From positions 124,001 through 188,000 of the forward strand of contig JBEWZL010000253.1 in the NCBI GenBank assembly GCA_045837725.1: DNA of 64,000 bases, written 5' to 3'. Origin of the DNA: Vermamoeba vermiformis (taxonomy: Eukaryota). The position numbers and the translations under genes are program-made. The notes beneath the pieces are model-generated. The model was not told where the DNA came from. It made no database searches and was given only the letters and a program-made list of their open reading frames with translations. Positions 1-13,359 of this stretch are shown one piece after another (the first letter of the stretch is position 1; each line of letters begins with the position of its first letter).

Positions 1-1249
1 TTCAAGCTGCAAATAATTGCTCGTAGGATAAGCTGGAATTTTGATGACAATCTTTTTGACATGTTGACAGCGCATCACTAATGTTTGCAACTGTTCTGCT
101 TTCATGAATTGCGGATAAATGAACTCCAAGAACCACAGCCGCGTCAATTTGTTCGAGATCAGCAGTTCAAGCACCGGATCCAACTGTCCAGCACCAGGTT
201 TGATCGTCAATTTTTCTATATTTGGAATTTGCGCCAGGAATTCGCGATTAAAAACTTGAGTTTCCAAATATAGCGATTTTAAATTCGTGCAATCTTTGAT
301 GTCGGGCTTTTCCACGCGCGTTGTCAGTCTTAACTCCTCGCAGGATGTTATTCGAGTTTTGGCGCTGGGGCTGAGCGTGACGGACTTGGGATTATATTGC
401 AACAATTTTGGAGTATCAACGTTAGGACTGTCAAATGGAAGGAGCAACTCTTCCATATTTGGAAAGGCTTTGGGTACGTGAGCACATCCAGCGTTGTCGA
501 GATCACCTGGATAAAGAGACTTGACATTCACGTCGCGTATAGTCTAAGCGCGTGACTGACGGACATAGTGGCTGGTGGAATATTTCTCCTGCTTGTGAAC
601 CTGTTAATAAACAAACAGTTAGATCAAGCTGTAAATCCGGACAAGGTACTCCAAAATCCGATCAAAACGCATCACGATAGTATAACACGATATAACTATT
701 AATATGAAACCATAGGTATGTTTGGCTTTAATCAGGACATACCTACAGACGGCAAAGCGATCGACTTCAAGTTCGGAAATTGGGTCAGCAATACCTTGAG
801 CCCTGCATAGCCGATTGAAGTGCAGCCTGATAGGTCTAGGGATGTTATATGAGGGTAATCTCGCGCTAGCACTGCCAATTGCGCATCTCCGAACACATCT
901 CGGAATCGAACTGCCGGCTTGTATTGAGTAATCCTATGTTAATATAAATCTTAATAATGATCGAGTTTACTATGGTTGAATCAATATGCTCACAATGCGC
1001 CAGGTTCGGATCGCGTGTCAGAAAAAATAAAGAAATTAATTGATTTTAATTCAAATGACGTATTTAGCACAGCCGATTGCACTAATCACTCTATTTTAAA
1101 TTATTGGCGATTACTGGTAAAATTCTTACTTACAGTTCCTGCGTGTAACGGAGATATTCTTTGTTTACGGATTTGAACGTTGAAATTAAATACTCAGCAG
1201 GGAAGAACGACAATATGTACTCTCTAATCTCAGGAGGCAACGTGTCCAT
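1..1249 (-). CDS. F-box/leucine-rich-repeat protein (3' end runs off the window)
   Basis: Manual splicing gives ATG at 1249, MDTLPPEIREYILSFFPAEYLISTFKSVNKEY (F-box pattern), then exons with LRR-like segments (ITSLDLSGCTSIGYAGLKVL, NLKSLYL, NIEKLTI). The last exon is open to position 1. Confidence 0.8.
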
Positions 1250-1647
1250 ATTTAAATTATGAACAGCTTCTTGTTGATTGCGACGGACAAACTGGCGAAA
1301 AATTACCTTTTTTATTTTTTGTCACCTGGCTTTCTGCACAGAAATTCTTGTAAATTAACCAAACCAATAAAGATATTTGTCAGAATGACTGGGCGTGTGT
1401 TTTGGTGGTTTTGATTTTTGGTTCGGGACAGAGAGGGATTGAATTTGGAGCCAGGACTAAATCCCGACCCCCGAAGATGGAGAAACGCGAGAAACGGCGG
1501 ACAGAAAAAACCCAAAAAAATTTTTGGTCAGAATAATTCCGGAATTCCGATCATTTTACACACGCCCACTCCGATCTCAGTTGCACAAACTGCACATCGG
1601 AAATGAGTTCAGAATCACTAGGCACTAAAACAAAAGTCAAATCCACT

Positions 1648-2985
1648 TTAATCCGTGTCCTCGTCATCGCTGAAAGTAATGTCAGGATTATATACAATTT
1701 CTTCGTCGTTAGTATTCGCTGCGTTGTTGTTACTAGCCTCGTTGTCATCGCCACCGCAGATCCAGTCCACTTGCATCGACAACACCTCGCACTGAATGTC
1801 TTTGCAACTATTCAGCGGACTGTCACTCACAATCTCGCGTGCTTCAGATTCGTCACGTGCTCGAATAATCAAAAATAACTCGCGTGCAGCTGTTGTGCCA
1901 GCCATCACCAATTTGTTCCAGAATTTCAACTCATTCACGTAAGCTTGGTGCTTCGGCAGTAATCGTTGCAATTCTTCGTGCGAAATTCCTGCAAAGACTA
2001 GAGGTTATTTCACCCGTGAAAAAATGAACAAAATATCTAGTGTCATCCGTGAAAAATTGAAAGATATTTTGACCCGGGTGTCAAGTTGACTTTAGACTTG
2101 CCTTTTAAGGAATATTTGAGCATAAAGTTCTGTTTTGGTGCCCAGAGTCTTTGCAAATGTTTCAAGAAGTGTTCCGCGCTCGTTGATTGGCCGCTGAGCT
2201 GTCGTTCAATCAACAACTGCGATGCTCTTGAAAACAAAGTTGTGACCGTGCTTTTGTTGCTGATTGATGTCTCTTGATAGGACTCGGCTCCGATGTCTGC
2301 TGCGAGCTGTTCTCCTAATTAGGAAATAAGATTAAGTAGATTAAATCCTTTCTTCTTGAATCATACTAATTATATTACTAATTATTGGATTAACTTACCT
2401 TGTTGCGTACTAATATTCTTGTCGGTATTATTGTCTCGTGCATCACAATGCGTGGCTACTAGTATTCGAATTTGGTTTCGGATCTGACTTGCCAGAGAAC
2501 AGATCCACGAACCACTGTAAAAATAAAATATAAGGATAAATGTATAGTGTTGAATGATCTATGTACGTACTCTGATGTAGAAATGGGATAAGCTCAAAGT
2601 TGAAATTGCTGAAAAACAAAGTAGGACTAAATTGGCCTTTGCGGCGGCAGCACTGAATTAAAATTAGGATAAGTATTGATTAATAATCAATTAATAATAA
2701 TATTAAAATAGCTGGTTATTCCTTAGTCCAAGTGATTTTGTTTTTGAAAAATTTCAATTATTTACTAAATTACCTAGCACTCGAAGGATCATCGTATTCA
2801 ATGAATTCTATTTGAGTCCGCTGAGTGATGATCTGATTAGGCTCGATTATCATCAATATTCCGCCGTGAGGACCTTTTTGATCGAGACTCGATCCCAACA
2901 AATGACCAAACTGCTCTATTAACGATGATTTGCCTACTCCTTTGTCACCCAGTACTAAGCAAGTAATTATTGATGCGTCTGACAT
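1648..2985 (-). CDS. Divergent Rho/Ras-like small GTPase fused to a C-terminal YCII-like domain and acidic tail (5 exons, one +1 frame break near 2472)
   Basis: P-loop GDKGVGKS; NLVLLCFS; G4-like ILVATHCDAR; ISTQQGEQLAADIGAESYQETS; then FMLKYSLKGISHEELQRLLPKHQAYVNELKFWNKLVMAG (YCII pattern), joined by a GC-AG intron at 1989-2101. Confidence 0.65.
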
Positions 2986-3118
2986 TGTTATACTTCTTAT
3001 GTGTTCGGGATCTTGGGATAAAAAGAAAATTTGACGTCTGGCTTTTTCAAACTGATTGTATTTGTGAAGACATCACCTAAATATACTAATATTGTAGATA
3101 GCTACGTTGTTGTAGAAG

Positions 3119-4690
3119 ATGGAGGTGCAAGCTGCTAATGAAATTACCGAAACGAAAGATCAGATCCCGAAACAGGAGGTTAACAAGCAGTGCGCCATGT
3201 GCAAAAATGATCAAGGAAAATATAGGTAATTATATTGAGGTTTTAAATAACTTTAAACCAACATTTTTTAAAATTAATAAATCCAGATCACGATCTGATC
3301 GATGTCAATACCTCTTTAATAGTTGATCATAACTTTAAAATTAATGACGTATTTATTCATAAATTTAGTAGACGTGTATGGTGTCCAATTTCAATTTTAG
3401 ATCGAACGCGGTTGGATTTTACACCTAACGATATTAAAACAGGTGCCCTGGCTGCGAAAAAATGTTCTGCAGTTTAGATTGCAGCAAAAAACACAAAACT
3501 GAATGGGATTGCAGTGGTAAACGAGATAAGACCAAGTTTATTCCTATCAAATATTACTCAGAACAAAATATGTGGGATGGTACGTCGATTATATTATATA
3601 GTTATGCAAATATATTAACCTATATACTATAGATATCGGATTTTTAGAAGAGGTCGCAAAACAGGCGCAAGAAACAATTCAAAAGGCACCAAAAGTCGCC
3701 AAGCCCAGATCTAACAATAATCAACGATTTCAACGAGGAAATAATCACCATAATAACCGAAGGCATCATAATAACAATGTTCAAGACTTGCCTAAGCATT
3801 TACAACTGCTCGTTAAGAATGCCAGGAGAAATAACATCAACTTGCAATTAATGCCCGCTTTTATGAGCAAACGAAAGACTAATACGACTATATTTGACTT
3901 TAAGTAAGGATATATATTATATTTATGCGTATATTGATGATATTAATATTATTGTTTCAGACGAGAAATGATTTTATGGCGAATCGAATGGATCTTTGAT
4001 TTGGCGGACAATTACCTGATAGTCAACGATAAAGTCGAGGATATTAAGACAATAGGCGAGATATTGTCGGAACATTTAATGAAACCGGAAATTAAAGAGA
4101 AATTAGCGGCCTACGAGAGCACGCCTGTTGAAGACTGGCGCGTTTTTATGAAAGCAGAACGATCTCCAGTACGTATAATTAGCATTCATATTACTGTGTA
4201 GCCATAGACTATCAATTCATTAAGTTATATTGCATTTGCACCGAGAATAACGAGTATTTCTCCTAATTAGGCAAATTCACCTCAATACCACAAGCTTTAC
4301 ACGGTTGACACGCTGCGGCGATCGTTTGCTTATAAGCACGTGATAGAATACCCTACGATATATGTTACGTTGGCATCGAATGAGGATAAATACCCCTTGA
4401 AGACCTATGATGATAAAAAGCGCAAGTTAGATGAGACAGATCTGACCGAAGAAAACGAGAATAAACGACAGAAAATTGAAGGTGACGAGTCAAATAGTAT
4501 TGAAGGCGATAGCGACAGCGAGGATGCTGATGAAAACCACGAACAAGACAATAATAGCAATCAAAATGCAGAAGAAAAGCAACAAAAGGCAGTTAACACG
4601 TTTTTAAATTTTTTAGAAGCATTTCCGTTCAATTGGAACAATGCCCCGCAAGAATTATTTACCGTTGAAGAAGAGAATCAAAATAAATAA
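3119..4690 (+). CDS. BCD1: Box C/D snoRNA protein 1 (zf-HIT, BCD1/ZNHIT6)
   Basis: Spliced CAMCKNDQGKYRCPGCEKMFCSLDCSKKHKTEWDCSGKRDKT zf-HIT motif, then DIGFLEEV, LQLMPAFMSKRKTNTT, ILWRIEWIF and VIEYPTIYV. Confidence 0.9.
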
Positions 4691-4699
4691 GTCTTAAAT

Positions 4700-4945
4700 T
4701 TAATTTTTATTCCCGATCGTGATTGTGACCATGTCAGCGACATCAGCTGGTTCGTTTTTTTCTCCTGTAAACATTCCTTTAATTGTTGAACCAGCTAAGA
4801 AGACGCAAATTAGCACCAAAGCCCAATAAAGCACGAACTTGGCTCCGAATATGACTGCAAGGCCGCAGACCAAGTTGTAAGGTCTTGGAATGATGTACAA
4901 TACGATTGCTAAGCCTAAAAAATCTACTGTTTGGATGTCGAACAT
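4700..4945 (-). CDS. Possible small hydrophobic/membrane protein (~81 aa)
   Basis: ATG-initiated ORF MFDIQTVDFLGLAIVLYII... with two hydrophobic stretches; no recognised family. Confidence 0.3.
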   Translation of the reverse strand: MFDIQTVDFLGLAIVLYIIPRPYNLVCGLAVIFGAKFVLYWALVLICVFLAGSTIKGMFTGEKNEPADVADMVTITIGNKN

Positions 4946-5291
4946 GTTGTGGAGTGTTGAGCTGTCTTTGATTTGAGTTGCTGGATGAGACAGAGACAAG
5001 ACAAAAGTTTTTAAACCCTCTTCATTAATGACACGTCAGACTAAGGACGTCATTCGCAAATATACAATAATCACGTCGGTTGAATAGGGAATTGTAGTTA
5101 TAAATGTTTGCCGATGACTCAGCAGTGGAGTTTACTTATTCTGATCTGAATGAGACCCATTGTGATCGGAATAAATTACCTCTTCTGCACGGTTGAGACC
5201 GCAAAATACTTGTCATTAATTTCCGCTTCTTATATGAGAGCAGACTAAGAGGGATTTTAGTAATATTAACGTAGATAGGCGCTATCCAAGG

Positions 5292-7122
5292 ATGGAGGAA
5301 ATAGATGGAAGCTTGTTTTTTTACGTATTCGATCTGGTTGGAACGATTGTTGGTCTCTTAGCGGCAGAAAATGAAGTAAAAACAATTTTCAGTATTGGAT
5401 CAGCTTCTAAGAGGTTAGTAGTAAATAATTATGCATAATTTTGCCACAGCCTTTTTTTAATTTTTTTATTATCGCCGTGCAATATAAAGCATTCTATAAA
5501 TAATACGGAAAATATGTAATAATATTGATTAATTTCAGACACTATGAGTACATCCACTCGAAAAGGCTTTGGCAACACTTCTACGACCGAGTATTCTACG
5601 ACAAATCTACTACTCAAATTAGCAGCCGCGTAATCAAAACATTTTTCGACTCTACACAGATTAATGACGAGATTCCGCTTTTACCGGTAAAATCAGATCT
5701 TCATTCGGACGACAGAGCAAAACAATTCCAAGCTGCAGAACACCTGCGCAAACTGCTAGTACTTTGTAAGCATATCTGACACCAGCTATCACTATTCATA
5801 TTTATCATTAGATAGCGATCCTCAGGAATCAGCAGTTCTGCTGCCTCGCTTAGTGCAGATATTAGACACCGCAAATGACATGCCAACGCTGCAAGTAAGT
5901 AATACAAGGTTATTCTTTGCAATTATAATAATTTGATTAATCGGACATTTTAAGTATGAAGTGATCTGGATCTTGACGAATATTGCAGCGGGCACAGAGT
6001 GGCACACGCAGAGTGTGATTGATGCAGGGGCTATAACACCACTCCTGCGTCTGTTTAAGAGCGACAATTTAGACCTGCAAGAACAGTGTGCTCTGGCTTT
6101 GAGCAACATTAGAGCTGACAACCTCGAGGTACGGCACGTGATTGCTTTTAACTTTAGTAACCGTCTCTAAATAGCTTACCGCTTCCATGCTAGCCGAAGG
6201 AGTTGTACCTGTCATTGTCACTGTGCTCGAGGGCTACAAAAAGATCGAGGCAGTGCGCTCGTGCACGATGTTCTATGAAAATATGTGTCGTAACAAGCCC
6301 GTTGATCATTTTGACTTGCTTTTGCCGGCCATTCCCAGCCTCATTGAACTGCTCATGAGAGACGAACGTGATCAGGTGACGTGTCTATATGCGTCTTGGG
6401 CTCTCGCTTGGCTCTTGGACATGAACAACGACACCATTTTTCAATTGCTGCAGAACCGCACGAATGCTATTCAAACCTTAATTGAGCTAATGCCGTAAGC
6501 GGCTGTGCATTAATAATAAGATCTCAGCAGCCTTATGTTAATTATCCCATATAGGACACAAATACCAGTGCTTAAAGTTCTCGGAACTATTATTTACGGC
6601 AGTTCCGAGCAGATCCGAGCAGTGTTGAGCGCAGGGTTCATGAAACAAGCGAGGACTATGATAACAGCCACTAACCCTGTGAGCCAATTGGATGATTTGT
6701 TCTGGGCACTCTCTAACGTCATGACGGACCAATCAATAATCAGTCAACTGCTCATCGAGGACGGAGATATATTCCCGCATATAATCGCACACGCTAACAA
6801 TCCCGCGTCAACTGCTTTAGTGAAAAAAGAAGTCATGTGGACCATAGCCAATGTCATGGAGGAGGATCGTCGGGAAAGCACCCACAAGTATTTCTTACAC
6901 ATCGGTGTACTTAAACCTATTTACAACGCACTGAGTGAAAGCGAAGCGGATCTCGTTACTGCATTGCTGAAAGTCTTGAAAGAACTGTTGGCGTTGGACA
7001 AGAGAGAAGATCTGAATGTCCAAGCACAACTACGAGACTGGGGTGCTAAAAACCTGCTTGAAAGTCTATCAGACGAGGATTATGTTGCTTCGGAGATACT
7101 AAGTGATTATTTTGAGGATTGA
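5292..7122 (+). CDS. Importin-alpha-like armadillo-repeat protein with an F-box-like N-terminus
   Basis: ARM motifs LQYEVIWILTNIAAGT, EQCALALSNI, SWALAWL, WALSNV and EVMWTIANV. N-terminal DLVGTIVGLLAAENEVKTIFSIGSASKRHYEYIHSKRLWQHFY resembles an F-box. Confidence 0.75.
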
Positions 7123-7362
7123 AAATAAGATCCAGATCAACAATAGTGTTGTTTCCATTCTGTACATAAACAGTTAATGTATCAAAATCGGCGAGTATAA
7201 TAATAATTTCCTACGTAAAACGTACTTAGCCGCTGTGCATATTTGGTGAAAACATTTTTCTTTGTTCGGCGGTATTTTTACACGTAGCTGGTGCAGATCA
7301 CCACAAAAGACAGTTATAATATTATATTTACACAGAAACTATTAATTGTCGGTGCATTGGCC

Positions 7363-9270
7363 ATGTCTAAGTTCTCCAGTGCACTCAAGTTAGCGGATCT
7401 TGATGATTTCATAACCCCATCACAGAACTGTGTCAAACCTGTTAAAATCGAGAAGAAAAATGAAGATAAAAAGGTAATAATATTTGATAGGGACTTCTTT
7501 TTGAAAGAAAGTTTGGTAACTTCGAGAAATTTACGCCACGCGCCTGATCCAAAAATTATTTATTTATTAATAACAGATTATCATTTGTCATTTACATTAA
7601 TTATTCATATTAATCGCCCCTTTATATTTCTTATTAATATTCCAATATTCGGGATCTAATTCTCAGTTATTATTGCAACGTGTCAATAAGAACTATTTTA
7701 ACAAAGCAATCATTTAGGTTACAAAAATAGAAGTCAGCGATGGTGGCGATTACGTGGAGGTCCATGAAGACGGCTCTCGATCTGTCCTACAAAAGACTAC
7801 GATCTCGCTGAACGATTGTTTAGCTTGCAGGTAATTAATTTGCGTATTAATTCGTGTTAGGAAGTATATTAATATTTTATAGTGGCTGCATTACCACAGC
7901 TGAGAGCGTGCTCGTGTCAGCACAGAGCGCCGAAGAATTTTTGAAGCACGTGCCAAAGTTCCCCGCGGCCACAGATCAGCCCGCCACAGAACTATCTCCT
8001 TACCTTCCTATAGTCATATCATTATCACCTCAGTCGCGTGCTTCTATTGCCGTACACTACGGACTCGATATTTACAAGACACATCGCAAGCTCAAGTCAT
8101 TTTTGTCGCTGATCGGCATCGACTATTTGACGGACACATCAGTCTCGCGCGAACTCTCACTGTTAGAAATGACAAAAGAGTTTATTGATCGCGTCAAAAC
8201 GAATACAAACCTGCCGCTAATGACGAGCGCGTGTCCTGGTTGGATTTGTTACGCCGAGAAGACCCACGGCGATTATATTTTACCGTACATTTCAACAGTC
8301 AAGTCACCGCAGCAGATCATGGGTGCCATCGTGAAAAATTATTTGCGAGAAAAGATGTCACAGACGAAACAAACGAAGATTACAGACATTTATCACGTCA
8401 CGGTCATGCCCTGTTACGACAAGAAGTTGGAAGCCTCCCGCGATGATTTTTACGACGATATTTTGCAGACTAAAGAAGTAGACCTCGTGCTCACAACAGC
8501 AGAACTGACAGATATAATCGCGCTTTATGTCCAACGAAAGCAACAAGCTGGTGTATTGGCATCGGACCTCACTCCTCGCGACTGGTTCGTCAATCACTTG
8601 CCTGAAATGGACATGGACGCCAACCAGCCCGAAGTGAAGCTAGTAAGTGCTTAGTATTATGTCACTTTCTAGGTTTGTATTAACCTTGAAATAGGTGAAT
8701 GAAAACAAAGAACTTGGGGCCATTGAAAGTTTCACAGAAGGCAATCACGGTGCCGGAGGGTACTTGGAATACGTTTTTAGACGAGCTGCTAAGGAGCTTT
8801 ACAACGTTGATGTCACCGAGATTAAGTACCAACAAGGCCGCAACCCTGACTTCCAAGAGATCAATTTGTGCCTGCCTGACAAGCCGGACCAGCCTGTGCT
8901 CAAGTTTGCCGCGTGCTACGGATTCAGAAACATTCAAAACGTCCTTCGAGCCATTAAGAGAAATGCGTGCAAGTACCAATTCATCGAGGTCATGGCTTGC
9001 CCTGGTGCCTGCTTGAACGGTGGAGGACAAATCAAAGTTGAAGGAGCTCAAGTGTCACTGCAACAAACCAAACAGCACCTGCAGGTCGTGCAAGAGAAGT
9101 ACAAAGAACAGCGCATGACATTGCCTTCAGACAATCCCGTGGTTCGCACGCTGTACGAAGACTGGCTAGGCGGAGAAATCGGCTCAAAGAAGGCTGAAAA
9201 ATACTTGCGCACTCAATACCACGCAGTACCGAAACTAGAGTTGTCAAATCCGTTGGCGATCAAGTGGTAA
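7363..9270 (+). CDS. NAR1: Cytosolic Fe-S assembly factor Nar1/CIAO3 (Fe-hydrogenase-like)
   Basis: [74 protein letters not shown] and a terminal Trp. Confidence 0.95.
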
Positions 9271-9334
9271 AAACAATGTACATACCCTTCCAAGTGGACT
9301 GGTCCTGTTTTTCCCAAAGCGTCGGACCAACAAC

Positions 9335-9408
9335 GGCCTAATAGCATAGTTGGTTATTGCGCCCGCCTAGTAAGCGGGAGGTCCTCGGTTCGAATCCGAG
9401 TTAGGCCA
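9335..9408 (+). tRNA. tRNA-Thr (anticodon AGT)
   Basis: Acceptor stem GGCCTAA/TTAGGCC, anticodon arm CCCGC-CTAGTAA-GCGGG, T-loop GGTTCGAATCC, downstream T-run. Confidence 0.95.
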
Positions 9409-9855
9409 GTTTCTTTTTTGCCTTTTACTGGATGCGCACCGTGCCATCTCTTTCTCTTCCTGCCCTTTTGTGGCGAAGTCTTTTTTGCGGAGACGGCCGG
9501 TTGCTAGTAATAATGATACATTTTATCACCGCTGAAGTTGCCACCTGCCAGGTAGATCTCCCGATGCCCAAGTGAATCGGTTCAAGACGTAAGTAAACTC
9601 ATAAGTGACTCTCCTTTAGGAATTAATTAAATTCTATCATTTTTACTGGAAGGCGAAGTGACATCAAGCAGTCTATCATCAGTCCTGATTTTAACCATTG
9701 CGCAGGTGTTCGTGCCTTTTTCGCTTCGCAATTGTCACTGCCGTTGCTGATACCGCACCACGTTGCTCAACCGACCCTGCAACACCAGTAAGCCACTTCC
9801 GTGAAATGCTCATCCAAGATCTAATTAATTGACAAAATTGCAGACTGAATCAAAA

Positions 9856-12800
9856 ATGCGACTCTCTTGGGCATTCAAAATATTTGTGGTCATGGCAATG
9901 ATTGCTGTTCTAGCGACCGCAAGTGTATCGAGCGAGATCAAAAGCAAACACCAGCTGGCATACGGAAGAGCATATTTCTCAACTGTGGAAGCGGGCCAAC
10001 GCCTATTTTTTATTGGAGGATTTGAGCGCCACGATTTTATAGCATCAAACCAGATTGAAGTATTTAATTTGGCATCCAATTCCATGGATCAACCGCTCAA
10101 TTTACCAACACCTCGCGGACATATTTCAACTGCTATTATTGGACCTAGAATATACATGGTTGGCGGTAACAATTTCACTTCCGTTCCTTATCAATATTCA
10201 AAGGGACTATTCAACTTCACTAACGTCGGATTCACCTCCGGACCAACTGTCCGACGCCCTATTCGACTATCTCTACATAACTCCACGCTAACTGCAATTG
10301 GCTATTTTTCGGTTGATTTCATGGACACCACAACGAAACTCTGGACTCACAACGCACAACTGACAGATGTCATGGCAAAGCTGTACGACACAACCACCGT
10401 GGCGCACCTCAACTTCGTGTTCGTCGTTGGCGGCATCAGCAGCACCACTCAACAGCAGTCAACGAGTCTTTGGGTCATCAACTCACCGACTAGCGCGCCC
10501 AACGAGGTTCAGAACGTCACTTCAGCGTCGAGCAAAGAATTTGTTGGATCTTGGTTCGACGAAGACCACGAGGCAGTCGTATTTCAGTTCTTCACTCAGT
10601 GCCTCGTGTATCATACCTCCAGTCAGCAGTGGTTCCTCAGAGCCACGCTCAACAACTCCGTGTCATCGGTGTCCTATCAGAACAGCACCATTGTGTTCTT
10701 CACCGACGGCTATTGGACTCTGGACTGGCATTCAATGACCGACACGTGGACCTCTCTAGATCAAGTCAAATTTGCATTCACGATTGCCGATCAGCTGGTG
10801 TATTGTGCCGGCGATCAGATGTCAATTGTGACACCAACCAGCACTGACACTCGTTCGATTAATGCCACAATCACACTTGCAACAGCGATGTCTTCATCAA
10901 TCTACGTCCTCGTAACAGTAGATGGCACCGTATTCAGATACCACGCAAACACGAAGCAGCTGATCGAACTGACAAATTACTCGACTGGCTTCAAGATGCC
11001 ACTGCGCCTCTTTCGAGTCAACGACACTCTGGTCCACCTTGTCGGATTACGAACAGACAATACAAGTTCGTACAGAAGTGATTGGCGACAGTGAGACCTA
11101 CCTGTTCCCAAATGCACCTATACGCTCCATACCTGACCTACTGATGGACGGGCACTACTTCAACTTCGCTAAGGGTGTTGTGATGTCCATAGACCAGCCC
11201 GCCCAAGTTGCGAGTTATTTCACGCCAGTTAACGCATTGATATGGACGCAGCAAGGCGATATTTGCTACTGGATGCTCACGGCCGATGTGACTTCTAAGC
11301 CCGCATCTTACGTGCAGTACAAAGCAATTGACGTGTACAATTACGTCGACAACAAATGGGAAGATTCTATTCCGATACCTAGTATCCTGACCACTGGTGG
11401 TGCTTTCTTACCAATTGCGGTGCTGGACAATACACTGTGCATCATTACTGCACACCTCTTCTTGCAGTTGAACGAGACCGGCGGATGGACGATACACGAG
11501 TCATTTATCAACGGCCCGATGCTTCCCTTGTACGCGCATCCAACCTATGCCCCTGTGGCTGTGGTCAATAACACGGCGTATTTGATCGAACAAGGCGCTT
11601 CCCTGCTCGTCACTTCAACAGCTGTGAATGTCCGAAGACTTCCGACGGGCATCTCGGCTTTCGCGAAGCAGTCCGTCAAAACCGACACCAAAATTATTGT
11701 GTCGCTGGCAAGCTCCGGAATATATACACAACTGTCTATATTCGACATTGCCACTGAAACTTGGGCCACAACGCTGTATCAACAACGTAATGTGATAGTC
11801 TCGATTGTCCCGTACGATGGTCGGCTGCTGGCTTTTGGCGACGACATGCAGTCCTTCAATTACTTGAACGTCACTACCTTGCAGTGGTACAATCAGCCCT
11901 TCAACAACCCGTTTGTGCCTGCATCAATGTTCACCTTAACGCAATCAAATGGAACTACATTGGTTTTAGCTGGAGGATATCACAGAACTGGCTATTACTA
12001 CACAGACGAAGTGACATTCGTGACACTGAATTTGACGGAAGATAGTGTCTCCACTCCCGCTGCAGAACCAAACGCGACAGTCACCAGTCCTGACACCAGT
12101 GACACTAGCACTATTGTCGTTGCTGTTGTCGTTCCAATTGGTGTTGTTGCTATTGCTGGAGCAATTCTTATCGTCTTCTTGGTGCGCAGAAAGCAACGAC
12201 GAAAGAGAGCCACGTCGACTTCAACGGTCGGATTGGAACAACAGTTCGGACAGTGGTTCGTGCCCTTCAGTGACATTCGCTTTGGAGCACAGTTAGGACA
12301 AGGTGCTAATGGCCAAGTGTTCAAAGGCAAGTGGAAGAACACCGATGTCGCGCTGAAAATGAGCATGACACAGGCCAATCAAAGTGTCATTTCGGAGCTG
12401 TCACTCATGATTAACTTGCGACCACATCCCAATGTCGTGCAGTTGTTTGGCTTCAGCGTCAATCCTGAGACCAACAGCATCATATTGATACTCGAGTACT
12501 GCGATGGTGGTTCGTTGGATGAGACACTTTACGGTGGTACTGGTGTCATTAAGATGGAGACCAAGCTGTACTGGCTGAAGTCTATTTGCAAAGGCATCAG
12601 TCATTTGCACGCTAACAACTTGGTCCATCGTGACATTGCCGCACGCAATGTGATGCTGCACAAAGGCGAGCCCAAGCTGACTGACTTTGGCATGACTCGT
12701 GTCGTGGATGAGCAGCAACAGCACGGCACGACCAAGTCAGAGCTGGGACCTATTCGATGGATGGCACCTGAGTCACTCAAAAGCAAGCAGTACTCGACCA

Positions 12801-13101
12801 AGTCAGGTACGCTAAACATCACCAGATCCAAAGTTATCGTAATCAATTGATTACCGCAGATGTGTGGTCATTTGGCATCCTCATGTTTGAAGTCCTAGCA
12901 CAACAAGAGCCACACATTGAAGAAGACCCCATTGAAATTGGTCGCAGGATCAGAGACGAAGGACTCACGCCGCAACTACCCGCAACATTGGAGTGCTTGA
13001 GCGACTTCACCTCGATCTTGAATTTGTGCTGCGTCGTGGATCCGAACTATCGCCCTAACATTGAACAAGTGCTTGAAAAGCTAGAACACATCCCACTATA
13101 A
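9856..13101 (+). CDS. Single-pass receptor kinase: signal peptide, Kelch/beta-propeller ectodomain, TM helix, tyrosine-kinase-like domain (+1 frame break at ~11070-11094)
   Basis: Signal peptide MRLSWAFKIFVVMAMIAVLATA; Kelch-like FFIGG, YMVGG and FVVGG; TM IVVAVVVPIGVVAIAGAILIVFLV followed by RRK; GQGANG, VALK, HRDIAARN, DFG, PIRWMAPE; intron near 12807-12859. Confidence 0.85.
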
Positions 13102-13359
13102 TGTATTATTTAGATTCTACTAGAGAATTGATGGTGATGACAACATGTACCAGGGATAACTGTGTTTTGTTGCAAGGATTGCAGTTAATCATCCGTGATA
13201 CTACACCCGTGTTATAAATCAACCTATAAATAGTCCTTCAACTTCTCGCTTGCTTATGCACACGGCAAAGTTTTTGCTGGTCAACGTGAGCTCATTTTTT
13301 TGGATCTGAGCTTGTTGCTTTTATTTTAACGAATCAACCATAAGAACAACAATACGACA

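Noticed and set aside
13130-13210. GTGATGA plus CAGGGATAACTG (LSU rRNA-like 12-mer) as a possible C/D snoRNA
   Set aside because: The rRNA match is in sense orientation relative to the C box, and no D box follows the antisense version.
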